From: a bacterium | GTDB lineage: Bacteria; Hinthialibacterota; Hinthialibacteria; Hinthialibacterales; Hinthialibacteraceae | Length of the DNA: 64,000 nt | Direction: 5' to 3' | NCBI GenBank assembly: GCA_963663405.2 | Contig: CAXXSM010000053.1 | Span: 32,001-96,000 of the forward strand | Part shown: positions 30,319 through 41,300 of the stretch, piece by piece | Numbering within the stretch: the first letter of the stretch is position 1 | Layout: the number at the start of each line of letters is the position of its first letter | Made by a program: the position numbers and the translations under genes | Notes under the pieces: generated by a model | Seen by the model: the letters and a program-made list of their open reading frames with translations, nothing else | Told to the model about the DNA's origin: nothing | Databases searched by the model: none

Positions 30319-31044
30319 TCATGGAGCGGCCAGTTTTGGTATGACGTCATGATGGCGCTTTTTTGTGGAAGCCCATAGTTGATTGCGGTTGTTCTGCGTT
30401 CGAGCCAGTTTCGTGATGGTCTGTTTGATATCGGCCAGCTTCAGGCTGCGGTTTTGTTCCGGCCATGTCTTCTTGTTTTGACCGGCGCTTTGTTTCTTTA
30501 CAGCCGCATGAGACGAAACCGCGCGCCGTGGATTAGAAAAAAGAAACTCTTTCGGCATGCCGTTGTCGACATATTTCTCCCCGGTTTTGGAATTTGAATA
30601 GACGTGAAAAACGCCCTGAGAACGCCCTACGGGCGCGCTGAATCCCCAGCGGCTTTTGGGGAACAAACAGAGAAGAATCTCGGCGCCTGGTTTAAGAACC
30701 ACGCGCGCGCCTTCCCATGTGGCGCCGCTTGCTTTGTCGTATCCACCGAGTTGTTTGAAGGTCATCTCTTTGGATTTACCGGCGCCTTTCAATACATCAT
30801 GAATCCGCACCGTGGTCCACGTGCAGATCAGGCTGGTTTGAGGATCTTCTCCCGATTTGACTTCGGTGACCACACCGTGAACGATTTGTCCCGATTTCTC
30901 AACGATTTCTGGAAGCGATAGCGACCGGACTGAAGCGGCCCGCGCCGGTATAGCTCCGTTTAAACCAATAACCGTCATCACCAAAACCGGTATAAAACAG
31001 AGATGGCGCTTTCGTTTGATACGCAAAATCCAATTGTTTGTCAT
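30319..31044 (-). CDS. Secreted hypothetical protein (beta-rich domain of the type found next to or fused to matrixin proteases)
   Basis: Signal peptide ending ARA, then SVRSLSLPEIVEKSGQIVHGVV...T.VRIHDVLKG...QLGG...G.EILLCL...PVG..QGVF. Confidence 0.7.
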   Translation of the reverse strand: MTNNWILRIKRKRHLCFIPVLVMTVIGLNGAIPARAASVRSLSLPEIVEKSGQIVHGVVTEVKSGEDPQTSLICTWTTVRIHDVLKGAGKSKEMTFKQLGGYDKASGATWEGARVVLKPGAEILLCLFPKSRWGFSAPVGRSQGVFHVYSNSKTGEKYVDNGMPKEFLFSNPRRAVSSHAAVKKQSAGQNKKTWPEQNRSLKLADIKQTITKLARTQNNRNQLWASTKKRHHDVIPKLAAP

Positions 31045-31312
31045 AGTCTCACCTTAGAAAGAATGATGAATGAAAAGAATTCGCTTCGTATAGACGAAAG
31101 GGTCTAACATCGAATTCTCTTTTTGTCTTCTTTAATCGATATGTTGATATATTGGCCGTGTGAGGTAACCTGTTTTTTGCCGTTGTCCTATTCTAAGATA
31201 AAACAGTGGAAAATTGAAGAGATTTCTTGTGTTAATATAAATTTAACATATTTGTTTAACCTCGATTCGTCCGCCGCTTTTCTTTTTGGCGCGGTTTTTG
31301 GAAAGGAATCAC

Positions 31313-32011
31313 ATGAAATCTAAAGTAATCGTTAGATATTATCTAATTCCATTTCTTTTAGCGTTACTCTTTGGGTATAGCTGTTATCGCTGGAACGCCT
31401 TCCGGTATTTCATGGCCACATTGATGATCGCTTTGACGCCCTCCGCGTTTTTGTTCTGGTTTCTGATCCATCCATTTATCTCGTTCTGGCGCAAAGCAGG
31501 CGTTAGATGGACTTATGTCTGTGTTAGTTTACTTTGTCTCGGCGCCGCGTTTGGGTTGTATATAATAAGTGATCGTTTACTGGATTATGATCTTGGTATG
31601 AATTTGCCTCTTGTTTGCGCCGGTGTTCTTATTATCGCACTCGCCCAAAGTTTTGGAATGCGCTGGAGAGAGCAACTCAGTTTTAAGACGCTTGTAGGTT
31701 TACCCGAATTGGATCCAACAGGACGTCCGGAATCATTGTTGACCGATGGGATTTATGCAGTCATACGCCATCCCCGTTATGTTGAAGTCTCTACCGGTTT
31801 CGTGGGATGGGCGCTTCTTGTCAATTTTCCAGCAGTCTATGGCTTAGTGGTGGTAACTTGGATCGCATTGTACATCGTTGTCATCATCGAAGAAAAAGAA
31901 CTGCGCGATCGCTGGGGAGAAAAATACCAAGAATACTGCGCCCGCGTTCCCCGTTTCATTCCAACAAACTGGACGTGGAATCGATCATCCAGTATCTACC
32001 GAGAGAAATAG
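31313..32011 (+). CDS. Isoprenylcysteine carboxyl methyltransferase / PEMT family membrane protein
   Basis: LLTDGIYAVIRHPRY, EEKELRDRWGEKYQEYCARVPRFIP; multiple TMs; AAGGA RBS before ATG 31313. Confidence 0.85.
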   Translation: MKSKVIVRYYLIPFLLALLFGYSCYRWNAFRYFMATLMIALTPSAFLFWFLIHPFISFWRKAGVRWTYVCVSLLCLGAAFGLYIISDRLLDYDLGMNLPLVCAGVLIIALAQSFGMRWREQLSFKTLVGLPELDPTGRPESLLTDGIYAVIRHPRYVEVSTGFVGWALLVNFPAVYGLVVVTWIALYIVVIIEEKELRDRWGEKYQEYCARVPRFIPTNWTWNRSSSIYREK

Positions 32012-32153
32012 TCTCGATCCAGATGGATTCGGCGCCGGATGGCTGGAAGCGCTTTACTTTCCGAACAATCTGGTGTTTGATGAATTGTATATCCTGCAAT
32101 ACAATCAGCCGAAAAACGCTCAGCATAAAACTCTATGGAAAAAGGAGAGAATC

Positions 32154-33581
32154 ATGCCCCAAACGACTCGGCGGAATTTTCTGAAAAGTTCTTTAGCATT
32201 CGCGGGAACGGCATTCGCAATTAATGGATCGGCGAATAAAATCCTTGGCGCCAACGACACAATTCGCATGGCTGTGACGGGGATTCATGGACGCGGTGGA
32301 AGCCATATCAGCGAATTTCAAAAGATGAAAGGAGTTGAGATCGTCTGTCTGGTCGATCCAGACGCTCGTACGTTTCCTGACCGTGTTAAACAAGTAGAGG
32401 ATCTTGGTGGCAAAACTCCAAAAACGTATCAAGACATCCGGAAAGCTCTAAAAGCGGAAGACCTGGATTGTCTTAGCATCGCCAATACCAACCATTGGCA
32501 TTCATTATCCGCGATTTGGGGCTGCCAGGCGGGATTGGATGTGTATGTAGAGAAACCCTGCAGTCACAATATCCATGAGGGCCGCATTCTCGTCGAGACC
32601 GCCCGGAAATATAACCGTATCGTGCAACACGGCACTCAAAGCCGGAGTGAGAGGGGTTGGCATCAGGTCGCGGAGATTGTAAAAAAAGGAACCTATGGCA
32701 AATTGCTCATATCCCGTGGACTCTGTTATAAGAGACGGGACAGCATTGGATTCAAGCCAAATGGAACTCCTCCACCGGAATTGAATTTCGATCTCTGGTT
32801 GGGACCTGCGCCCGAACAGCCATACAACACAAATCTCGTCCATTACAACTGGCACTGGTTCTGGGATTTCGGTAGTGGAGATATTGGAAACCAGGGCGTG
32901 CATCAAATGGATATCGCACGATGGATGATCCCCGGCGCGAAACTGCCAAAAAGTGTGATCAGCTTGGGTGGACGGTTCGGCTACAAAGATCAGGCGCAAA
33001 CCCCCAATACCATGATTTCCGTGTTTGATTATGGAGAAACCCAGATCATTTTTGAAGTGCGTGGATTGCCTACGCCGAAATATTATGGATCAGACCGGCA
33101 AGTGATGCATTTCGAGGAAGGCGTTGTCGTCAACAATAAATTCTATCCGAATGGTTCCCAACAACCGCAGGATCTTCCCCGAATGGATGTGGAACTGGGA
33201 CCGGGCGGCAACCATTTCAGCAACTTCATCGCCGCTGTCCGCAGCCGCAAACGTTCAGACCTTAATGCGGAGATCTTGGAAGGTCATCTCTCCAGCGCGC
33301 ATTGCCACTTGGCGAACATCTCCTATCGCTTAGGGGAGGAAGTTCCGTTCAATCCTAGAACGAAGGTTTTCGGCGACAACAAAGAAGCCTATGAGACACT
33401 GGGCCGTATGGAAGAACATCTCAAAGAGAATGGCGTCAATCTGGCTGAAACAACGTGCCGCGTCGGTCCGAAATTGATCGTTGACGAAGAGAATGAAAAG
33501 ATCGTTAACAACGAGAAAGCCAACAAATTATTGACGCGAGACTATCGCAAACCGTTTGTTGTTCCCGATAAGGTTGTCTAA
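32154..33581 (+). CDS. Tat-exported Gfo/Idh/MocA family oxidoreductase
   Basis: TRRNFLK twin-arginine signal, GIHGRG, HWH, DVYVEKP, QHGTQ, FDLWLGPAP, NQGVHQMD. AAGGAG RBS before ATG 32154. Confidence 0.9.
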   Translation: MPQTTRRNFLKSSLAFAGTAFAINGSANKILGANDTIRMAVTGIHGRGGSHISEFQKMKGVEIVCLVDPDARTFPDRVKQVEDLGGKTPKTYQDIRKALKAEDLDCLSIANTNHWHSLSAIWGCQAGLDVYVEKPCSHNIHEGRILVETARKYNRIVQHGTQSRSERGWHQVAEIVKKGTYGKLLISRGLCYKRRDSIGFKPNGTPPPELNFDLWLGPAPEQPYNTNLVHYNWHWFWDFGSGDIGNQGVHQMDIARWMIPGAKLPKSVISLGGRFGYKDQAQTPNTMISVFDYGETQIIFEVRGLPTPKYYGSDRQVMHFEEGVVVNNKFYPNGSQQPQDLPRMDVELGPGGNHFSNFIAAVRSRKRSDLNAEILEGHLSSAHCHLANISYRLGEEVPFNPRTKVFGDNKEAYETLGRMEEHLKENGVNLAETTCRVGPKLIVDEENEKIVNNEKANKLLTRDYRKPFVVPDKVV

Positions 33582-33610
33582 ACAATTGACTGATTGGAGT
33601 AAAATTGTTG

Positions 33611-33637
33611 GGGCAGGCTTTATGCCTGCCCTTTTTT
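33611..33637 (+). terminator. Rho-independent terminator
   Basis: GGGCAGGC-tttat-GCCTGCCC followed by T6, between convergent genes. Confidence 0.8.
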
Positions 33638-33682
33638 CCTGCCCATCCGGCAGGATGTTTTATAGAACTTTCGCGTTTTCGT

Positions 33683-35095
33683 TTACGGGAAGATCCCCAA
33701 TTCCAAATACGTAAACGCTATCTTGTTGATAGCGTTGATAAAAGAAGCCGTGCGTAAATCGATATCATCGTCAATCTGTTTTTTGATTTCCCGGATCTCC
33801 CGGTAGGCGGAGATCATCGTCTCTTCCAAACCGGAGTTGACTAGGTCTCTTTCATCCGCTCCGTGGGCGAGCTGGGTGAATCTGTCCGAATCGATTTTCT
33901 TCCCGGTGAGAGATTCCACTTCGCGTAGAATCTGGGAGGTCGAGTTTTCTTCAAATCGTTTATTCATGCGCCCAAAACGGACGTGGGATAGATTTTTAAG
34001 CCATTCAAAATAGGAAACCGTCACCCCTCCCGCGTTTAAAAACATATCCGGAACAATGAGGATGCCTTTTTTCAAGAGAATCTCATTGGCAGCGGCGGTG
34101 AGTGGCCCATTGGCGGCTTCACCGATGATCTTGGCTTGAATCCGATCAGCGTTCGCTTTCGTGATTTGTTTTTCCAGCGCGGCGGGAATAAGGATATCAC
34201 ATTCCAGTTCCAACGCGTCGGCGGAGTTGGGGATATTCGTGGCGCCGGGAAAGTCCAGGATCGATCCCGTTTCCCTGCGATGTTCTAAGACTTTATTTAC
34301 ATCCAATCCCAGTTCGCTGTAGATCGCGCCTTCATATTCCGCCAATCCAATAAGACGGACGCCTTCCTGTTGGAAGAATTTCGCCGCGAATGATCCGACG
34401 TTGCCTAATCCCTGAACGACCATCCGTTTACCTTCGATCCCCGTAGATAAACCAATTGGCCGCATATCTTCTTCAAATCGGCAGACCTCACGTATCCCAA
34501 AAAAGACACCGCGTCCTGTCGCTTCCAAGCGGCCGTTCACACCTCCCAAAGGGATTGGTTTTCCCGTGACGCAGGCCAGCGCGTCCAAGGATCCGGAATT
34601 CATCTGTTTGTATGTGTCCACCATCCAGGACATCTCATGCTGACCGGTTCCATAATCCGGGGCGGGCACATCAATACCGGGACCGATGAAATTCTTTTTG
34701 ATCAATTCAAATGTATATCGGCGGGTGATCCGTTCCCGTTCGGATTGCGAATATTGCTCGTGGTCGATGCGCACACCACCTTTGGCCCCACCGAAGGGTA
34801 CGTCCACGACGGCGCATTTATAGGTCATCAACGCCGCCAGCGCCATGATTTCATCTTCATTCACATGAGCGGCGTATCGAAAACCGCCTTTTGTAGGGAG
34901 TTTGTGATGGCTGTGTTCCGCTCTCCAAGCGTGCACAACTTCCATACGTCCATCATCCCGTTTAACCGGGAACGTCAGGTGATAGACGCCTTTGCAGGAT
35001 TTGATAAGATCAAGCAGGCCAGTAGGATGCCGCGTATACGGCGCCGCCTTGTCAAAATTCAGATTGACTTGTTCAAAAAAACGTATCGTTTCCAT
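33683..35095 (-). CDS. gdhA: Glutamate dehydrogenase (Glu/Leu/Phe/Val family, eukaryote-like subtype)
   Basis: [63 protein letters not shown] upstream of ATG 35095 (alternative start 35131). Confidence 0.92.
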   Translation of the reverse strand: METIRFFEQVNLNFDKAAPYTRHPTGLLDLIKSCKGVYHLTFPVKRDDGRMEVVHAWRAEHSHHKLPTKGGFRYAAHVNEDEIMALAALMTYKCAVVDVPFGGAKGGVRIDHEQYSQSERERITRRYTFELIKKNFIGPGIDVPAPDYGTGQHEMSWMVDTYKQMNSGSLDALACVTGKPIPLGGVNGRLEATGRGVFFGIREVCRFEEDMRPIGLSTGIEGKRMVVQGLGNVGSFAAKFFQQEGVRLIGLAEYEGAIYSELGLDVNKVLEHRRETGSILDFPGATNIPNSADALELECDILIPAALEKQITKANADRIQAKIIGEAANGPLTAAANEILLKKGILIVPDMFLNAGGVTVSYFEWLKNLSHVRFGRMNKRFEENSTSQILREVESLTGKKIDSDRFTQLAHGADERDLVNSGLEETMISAYREIREIKKQIDDDIDLRTASFINAINKIAFTYLELGIFP

Positions 35096-35379
35096 TAAAA
35101 TCCTGCTCCTTTCGAACACAGAATCATACATGTGACCTTATTGAAAGTGTAACCTCTATGTATTGAAATAAAGTTTGTTACGATTGACAATACCATAGTG
35201 TATAAAATATATAAAGACAATTGTATTGCCAAAGATATAAATTACTATAACATATTGCAGATATCTCATTTATAATGATTTATTGCTTTTATATAATAGT
35301 TGATGAACGAACTTTTAGAGTTACTTTTGTGAAACACTAAAGGTATTATAACTGCTTAGTTCACTTTAGGTATAAAAGT

Positions 35380-36600
35380 ATGATAACTGGTATGAGTTCA
35401 CTTGCTGACTCTGTTGGATTTGATTTAATCACCTCCGGTTTAAGTAAAGATATCGAGTCTGCGCTACAATTTGCGTTGACAGGCCATGCGGTATTTGAAA
35501 GCGGGAACGATCCTCTTATTATTTTTCAGCATGCGCTCGCTGCCTCCATCCGTGACATTGAGTTACACCCACGGGGTCGGTTATTTCAGGAGTTCCTACG
35601 AAAAGGTCCTTATGAGGATATTGGGGAGATTCCGGTAGAATTGGCCGGACAACGTCTCTCCGACGCGGATACAGCAGCCGTCATCACCTTCATCTTCTCG
35701 CATATGGTGAACTGCTTCAAAGGAACTATTGCTGAATTACTGGCGGCCAAACCGTGCTTGAAACTGTTGAAACAGTTCCAAAGGAACAAGGATCTTCCTA
35801 GAAACACACGGCTCTATATTGGTGATTCAGTTCGCGTCCATACCACAAACCGAAAATTCCTGCTCAAGGGCGCTGACTTGCACTTTATAATCGAGGAATA
35901 TAAGGAGAACTCCATCCCATGTGTTACCGTTGTGGGTGTAGCAGAGGTTAAATCATACATCTGTTCTGAACGACGTCTGCGTAAACAACTTGATAATCAC
36001 ATACGGCGGGAAAAGGAAGGCCTTCTGATCGGTGATAAGGACTATCCTGTCGGGAGGGTCAATATGGGCTATGGGAAGAACCAGCAGATTATACGCATTG
36101 CTGTTCTGCCTAGTGGTTGGATACTTCCGCGTTCATTCCAGTTCATTGAGTCTGAGAGTGGCCGCAGGCTTCATGTAGATGCAGGTAAACCGCTGCGTAA
36201 GGACGACGAAATCACTCAGATCGGGGATAACGAATGGCGTATTACTCTGAAATGGTCGCAGGAGGCGTTGGCCGAGGCTGCCTTCGAGATGACCTTCTGG
36301 TATATGGAGAAGATCGGCGAGGTAATCTACTCGAAATCCGTACCGAAGGAATGGGAGGAAATGACGCCAGCTGAGGCTGGACGCAATGCAGCAAAGATGA
36401 TGCTCTACTACTCGATTTTCCGTTGCCGTACTATCCGGGAGGAGCAACGGGCTATTGCTCTCTACAACTGCTATGGATTCGGTTATTCGCTTGGCATGAA
36501 TTACAAGAACGAAGAAGGAAGGCGCGAAATGCTTTGGCCCCAGGATCTGGATGAGATCCTCTCTGCAGGCAAGACTGATAGTGGGTGTATTTTGCGATAA
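35380..36600 (+). CDS. Hypothetical protein, possible PD-(D/E)xK nuclease fold
   Basis: 406-aa ORF after an AT-rich gap; KGTIAELLA...KGADLHF...VAEVKSY motif order. Confidence 0.7.
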   Translation: MITGMSSLADSVGFDLITSGLSKDIESALQFALTGHAVFESGNDPLIIFQHALAASIRDIELHPRGRLFQEFLRKGPYEDIGEIPVELAGQRLSDADTAAVITFIFSHMVNCFKGTIAELLAAKPCLKLLKQFQRNKDLPRNTRLYIGDSVRVHTTNRKFLLKGADLHFIIEEYKENSIPCVTVVGVAEVKSYICSERRLRKQLDNHIRREKEGLLIGDKDYPVGRVNMGYGKNQQIIRIAVLPSGWILPRSFQFIESESGRRLHVDAGKPLRKDDEITQIGDNEWRITLKWSQEALAEAAFEMTFWYMEKIGEVIYSKSVPKEWEEMTPAEAGRNAAKMMLYYSIFRCRTIREEQRAIALYNCYGFGYSLGMNYKNEEGRREMLWPQDLDEILSAGKTDSGCILR

Positions 36601-36649
36601 ACGCATTGAACAGCATTAAAAGACAATGTTAAATCATTTATCACAAAAA

Positions 36650-36682
36650 TCTCCCCGAATATAATTATAGTATTCGGGGAGA
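36650..36682. terminator. Probable bidirectional terminator hairpin
   Basis: 12-bp perfect stem TCTCCCCGAATA / TATTCGGGGAGA between convergent genes. Confidence 0.65.
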
Positions 36683-36704
36683 ATACATTTACGTATCTGA
36701 TGGT

Positions 36705-37907
36705 CTATTCGGCCGGAAATTCTTGTATGCTGACAGGATTTGTCATTGTGTATGGGCCGTGGAAGAACGGCGCGCCGCTGGATGTTAATATGTACGCGAT
36801 GAAAATATACTCTTGGTTGAATTCAGGGCCGCCCCGGAATATCGGAACGGTCCAGTTCGCGCCCGCTCTCCATTCATAGGAGAGATCGCCGCCCGTCCGG
36901 CTTAGAAATTGAAAATGTTCTCCACCGTCAAGGCTGATGTAGAAATGAACGTCTTTCACGTCCGATGGATCGTGTCCACACGCTTCGTCGATGATGTGAA
37001 TGGCCAACGCTTTGTCGTCCGCTGTGTCATAATCTTCATTCTCTGGGATATCTTCACTTGATAATAGATCGTCCGTGACTTGGATAGATGGCGCGAGTGA
37101 GAGGCGGACAGGCGCGGTCGTGTCGAAGGGACCGTGGAAAAATGGATCGCCGCTGGTGGTTAACGCGAAGATACGGAACTGGTACGTTTTCCCGAATTCC
37201 GGTCCATTCCAGAAATCGAGTGATAGGCCTGATGAAAAGGCTTTCCATTCAAATGATGTGGCGCCGCCATTGCCTGTGTGGCCTAGATATGCGTATTCTT
37301 CGCTTTCATCGATACTCACATAGATATGAACATCTTGGATCAATTCGACAAGCGAACCTAAATTCCACCGGATCACCAATTCCCGGTTAGCGGTCATGTC
37401 GAAATCTTCATTCCCGCTCAGATCGTTCCATGATTGTAAGCAATCCGTGACGGTTACTTGATACAGTGGAATGGGATCGAAGAGTTCTTCTTTTAAAGTA
37501 AAAGGTTGAGTGACTCCCCATGCGCCGTAGATGTAACCATGCACATCTCCATCTTGGACAACCGTGTCGCTCGCGCCCACCATGGACATTTCCCATTGAC
37601 TGCCCGCATTCAAAATGTTGAAATTCCAAAAACGCCCATCCGGATCGCCGAAACAATCGTCCGCTGGTTGGCCCTCGCCGTCGATCGCGCAGATCGCTGT
37701 GCCAAAAAATGACTCGCTTATAATGAGATCCAGTCCGCTTCGCTGCAACAGTTCCAGGCCCGTTATTGTTTCGCTCTCAAATTCGATGACCTTAATAACC
37801 CGAACGCCATCGCTGTGATCTACGACTAATCCCGCCTGGTTGACCGCGCCCGCCATAGCGGGGAACAACAAAAATACTCCCACACAGATTACCGCATACT
37901 TTTTCAT
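36705..37907 (-). CDS. Secreted DUF4430 (transcobalamin C-terminal-like) protein with two ~125-aa tandem beta domains; putative cobalamin-binding protein
   Basis: Signal peptide; TGLELL...FG.AICAIDG......FW......SMVGASD..VQDGD pattern; two repeats VTD..S..D....D.D...DVH.Y.S.D...EW...GPEF...Y.F....TSG.PFFHGP; directly downstream of a B12 riboswitch. Confidence 0.75.
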   Translation of the reverse strand: MKKYAVICVGVFLLFPAMAGAVNQAGLVVDHSDGVRVIKVIEFESETITGLELLQRSGLDLIISESFFGTAICAIDGEGQPADDCFGDPDGRFWNFNILNAGSQWEMSMVGASDTVVQDGDVHGYIYGAWGVTQPFTLKEELFDPIPLYQVTVTDCLQSWNDLSGNEDFDMTANRELVIRWNLGSLVELIQDVHIYVSIDESEEYAYLGHTGNGGATSFEWKAFSSGLSLDFWNGPEFGKTYQFRIFALTTSGDPFFHGPFDTTAPVRLSLAPSIQVTDDLLSSEDIPENEDYDTADDKALAIHIIDEACGHDPSDVKDVHFYISLDGGEHFQFLSRTGGDLSYEWRAGANWTVPIFRGGPEFNQEYIFIAYILTSSGAPFFHGPYTMTNPVSIQEFPAE

Positions 37908-38071
37908 TCGAATATTTCTCCTTTTCTATGATGCGTGGAGTGAGGAGGGGGGCAAACTCGGAATGTGTAACCGGCGCCGGAGGAAAAAAAATCCCCGGCG
38001 CCTCAGAGACCGGGGGTACGGATCCTACGATCCAACTTGCCACACTCTCAATCCACGAAGAGGCGCCATTT

Positions 38072-38253
38072 CCTTGTGCGGCAGGTTTCCTGACTTACGG
38101 CCTGTATCCTTTCCTCCTTCCCATCCATACAAATGATTAACAGTATTGGACAGTGGATACTGAAAAGGCTTGACCGAATACAGTGGCGGGACCGCGCCGG
38201 ATTCGCACCGGCTTCCCTTTCACATCGCCTTGACAGACGATTACCACACACGG
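38072..38253 (-). promoter_or_regulatory. Cobalamin (AdoCbl) riboswitch
   Basis: Minus strand reads AAAGGGAAGCCGGTGCGAATCCGGCGCGGTCCCGCCACTGTA ... CCACTG ... TGGGAAGG ... AGTCAGGAAACCTGCC (B12 box), all conserved blocks in order. Confidence 0.95.
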
Positions 38254-38308
38254 ATTGTCTGCAATAAATATAGATGGTTTGAGGGATTCAATAAAGACCT
38301 ATGAAGGA

Positions 38309-41300
38309 TTAAACATTCCCCTCTTCCACCAGTTTCATGAGTTGTTTCTGTACACTGGTGGGATTGGAGGAATGATGTTCGAACAAGCGTTTGTTGTTTT
38401 CTTCCGCGATGCTTTTCGCTTTTAATATCCCCGGATCGGCGACGGCGTCTGAAGAGAGAGTGAGGATAAGATCCGATTGCTCGACTAATTCCGTGATATC
38501 TTCATCCGCGGCGCCGGTCAGGTTCGCGCGCCAGATCGCTTTGCCCCCCAATTCATCCACGACGCGCAGGTAATCGGCTTCGTTTTTCTCTTCGCCTCCA
38601 AGAAGAAGAATATTTTCTCCATTGTACACGGGTTTGGGCTCGAATCCGTTTTCTTCTTCATCCAACTCATCGAGAATATCCAGATCCAATTCCTCATCGA
38701 GTTGGTCGAGATCTAATTCTTCTTCCAATTCAGCCGCGCCGGTTTCTTCATCTTCAATTTCATCCTCTGGGGATTCGATGGTATCCAGCGCTTCATCCAA
38801 TCCTTCTAAATCCAATCCATCCAGATCGATTTCTTCATCGCCCAAATCTTCTTCTTCTTCGGTTTCTTCAAGTTCCGATAAATCATCACTGGTGGCTTCA
38901 TCCCCAAGGATGTCCTCAACGTTTTCGTCCAGCTCAGCAGTGAGAATATCCAAATCCTCTAGAGCGATTTCTTCTTCGACGGCATCTTCATTTTCACCAT
39001 TGGAGATCATTGCGTCGAGCGCGTCTAAATCCAATTCGGTTTCCTCTTCGTCACTCTCTTCACTCACTATTTCCGGCGCTATTTCCTCCAGAGCCGTCTC
39101 CGGCTCCACGAGTTCTTCTTCGGGTGATTCTGCCACCGGGATTGTGGGCGCTGGTTCTGTTTCCATAACCAATTCACTGGATTCAACTTCGTCCGAGGAA
39201 ATATCTTCTATAGGAATAGTTTCTTCGATTGTTACTTCCTTCATTGGCAGCGCTGAGGATTCTTTTGTTACCAGTGAGAGTCTCTCTTCAAGAGAATTGA
39301 TTCGCTCTTGAAGCGTCTGAAATTGTTCGCTGATTGAATCGATGTCTTTCTCTTGAAGAGCTTGCAATTGTTTATTGATTGAACCGAGGTCTTTTTCTTG
39401 AAGAGCGTGCAATTGTTTATTGATTGAACCGAGGTCTTTTTCTTGAAGCGTTTGCAGTTGTTTATTGATTGACTCGGTAATCGTTTCCTGCAGAGTAGAC
39501 AGTGTCTCTTGAAGGGTTTGTATTTGTTCGCTCATCGCGATCAAGTCGATTTCCCGCTCCGCCGAATAACTTTGGATTTCCGCTTGGAGAGTTGAATCCA
39601 CCCACGCGGGTAAGGTGACCTGTGTATGAGGATTTTTGATTACGATAACCCCTTGCTTTTGACTGACGAAGGTTACGATTCCTTCTTTGAGCAGATCTGG
39701 ATCAGGGACGATTTCCACCGGTTCGTCATACACTCTCGACAGAGCGGATTGCAGACTCACTGGTGAGATACAGACCGGTTCTTCGCTATCGGGCGCGATC
39801 TCCTCCGCTTGCTGGATAACGTAATGAGGGCCATATAAGATTCTAACTCCACAGCGCTTGCCAACAACAACGATTTTATCTTCTTGAACAAGATTTGAGT
39901 CGGCGACGAGTTGGATTGGCTCGTTAAAAATACGTTCACATGCTTGTTGCAGTGATGAGAGAGAAATCTCGACTCCCCCCAGCGCAACCATGTTTTCTTT
40001 GGGAGGAATGTCCGCCGGTTTCTCCATCTCGCCAGTCATGGTTTCTTCCACAAATTCGGGGGTGGGTTCCTCCACGGATTCGGGGATGGAATCCTCCATA
40101 AACTTGGCTAGGAGTTCCTCTGGAATTTCTGTGATGGACTCCTCGATCTGTATTTCTTCTGGAATTTCTTCTATTTCAATCTCTGATTCTATGGAAACCG
40201 ATTCCGTGTCACCACCGCTGGAGATATCGGATTCTTGAAGTTCCGATTCGATACTGTCGATTACATCTTCATCAAATAGCGCTTCATCCAATTCCTCATC
40301 GTCTTCCAGTTCTATATCCGTAATATCATCAGCGGATTGTAATACGGATTCGATCTCGCTGAAATCTTCTTCAGAGATATCCAAACCTAGAACGCCATTT
40401 GTTTCATTTTCTTCCTCACCCAAATCCAGCGGATGTTGAATTTTGGTTTCTTCCTGTTCTTCCTCATCGGCCAAAGAAGCGATGAGTTCGTCCACATCAT
40501 CAACTTCACCGGCCGATTCCAAACCCATATCTTCCACGGATTCTTCTTCAAGAGCGCTTAAATCCAAATCCAGTGTTTCCTCCTCTTCCGGCTCCATGTC
40601 CTCATCCCAATCTTCTTCAGTGATTGATATTTCTTCTTCGCTGTCATCACTCGTCAATTCTGCGATCAGGCTGTCCAGTTCTTTATCATCTTCGAAAACT
40701 TTCAATTCTTTTTTGCCGGGTTTGTATTCTTCCTCTGTCTCATCACTCGATTCGGACGTTGTTTCAAGAATCTCTTCGATCTCGTCGTCATCGAGTTCAA
40801 TGTCTTCTATTGTTTCGTCGATTTCTGGGATTGTGTCCTCATCGATTAATTCCTCGATCTCGATATCTTCAAAATCGAGACTCTCATCTAGCGTCTCTTC
40901 TTGTATTTCTTCCGGGGAAGTGGTCTCTTCTCTTCTTAATTCAGGAATGGTTTCGGGTTCCGCATCCGCTGTATAAGGGGGTTCCACATTTTGTAAGCGT
41001 CTTGCGATATCTCCCGCTAGATTACGCGCTCCGATCCGGTCGTCACGCATCAGTGACCAGACAATCAATCCGAGTGTCCGTCCCGGTTCCAGAAATTCGA
41101 TCGACAGGCTGTTTCGCAATTCCCGGAGATTCATGGAGTGAATTTTACTCTGCTGCCGTTCCGATTCATTATCCAAGGTCTGTGAGAGAGTTAATCCCGC
41201 GTCCTCTTCACAGAGAATCGCTTCCACAGCCGCATTATATAAATCGTTTCCTTCCGAGTCGATCTGCAGGATACTCTGGAGTTTTTGCCGGGTAAAACAG

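Noticed and set aside
31878-32153. 92-aa N-terminal extension of the Gfo/Idh/MocA ORF
   Set aside because: Overlaps the upstream gene; RBS and Tat signal place the start at 32154.
38622-40976. Ser-rich + strand ORFs (38622..39311, 39990..40238, 40443..40976)
   Set aside because: Antisense shadows of the GAA/GAT-rich acidic gene; no RBS or independent signal.
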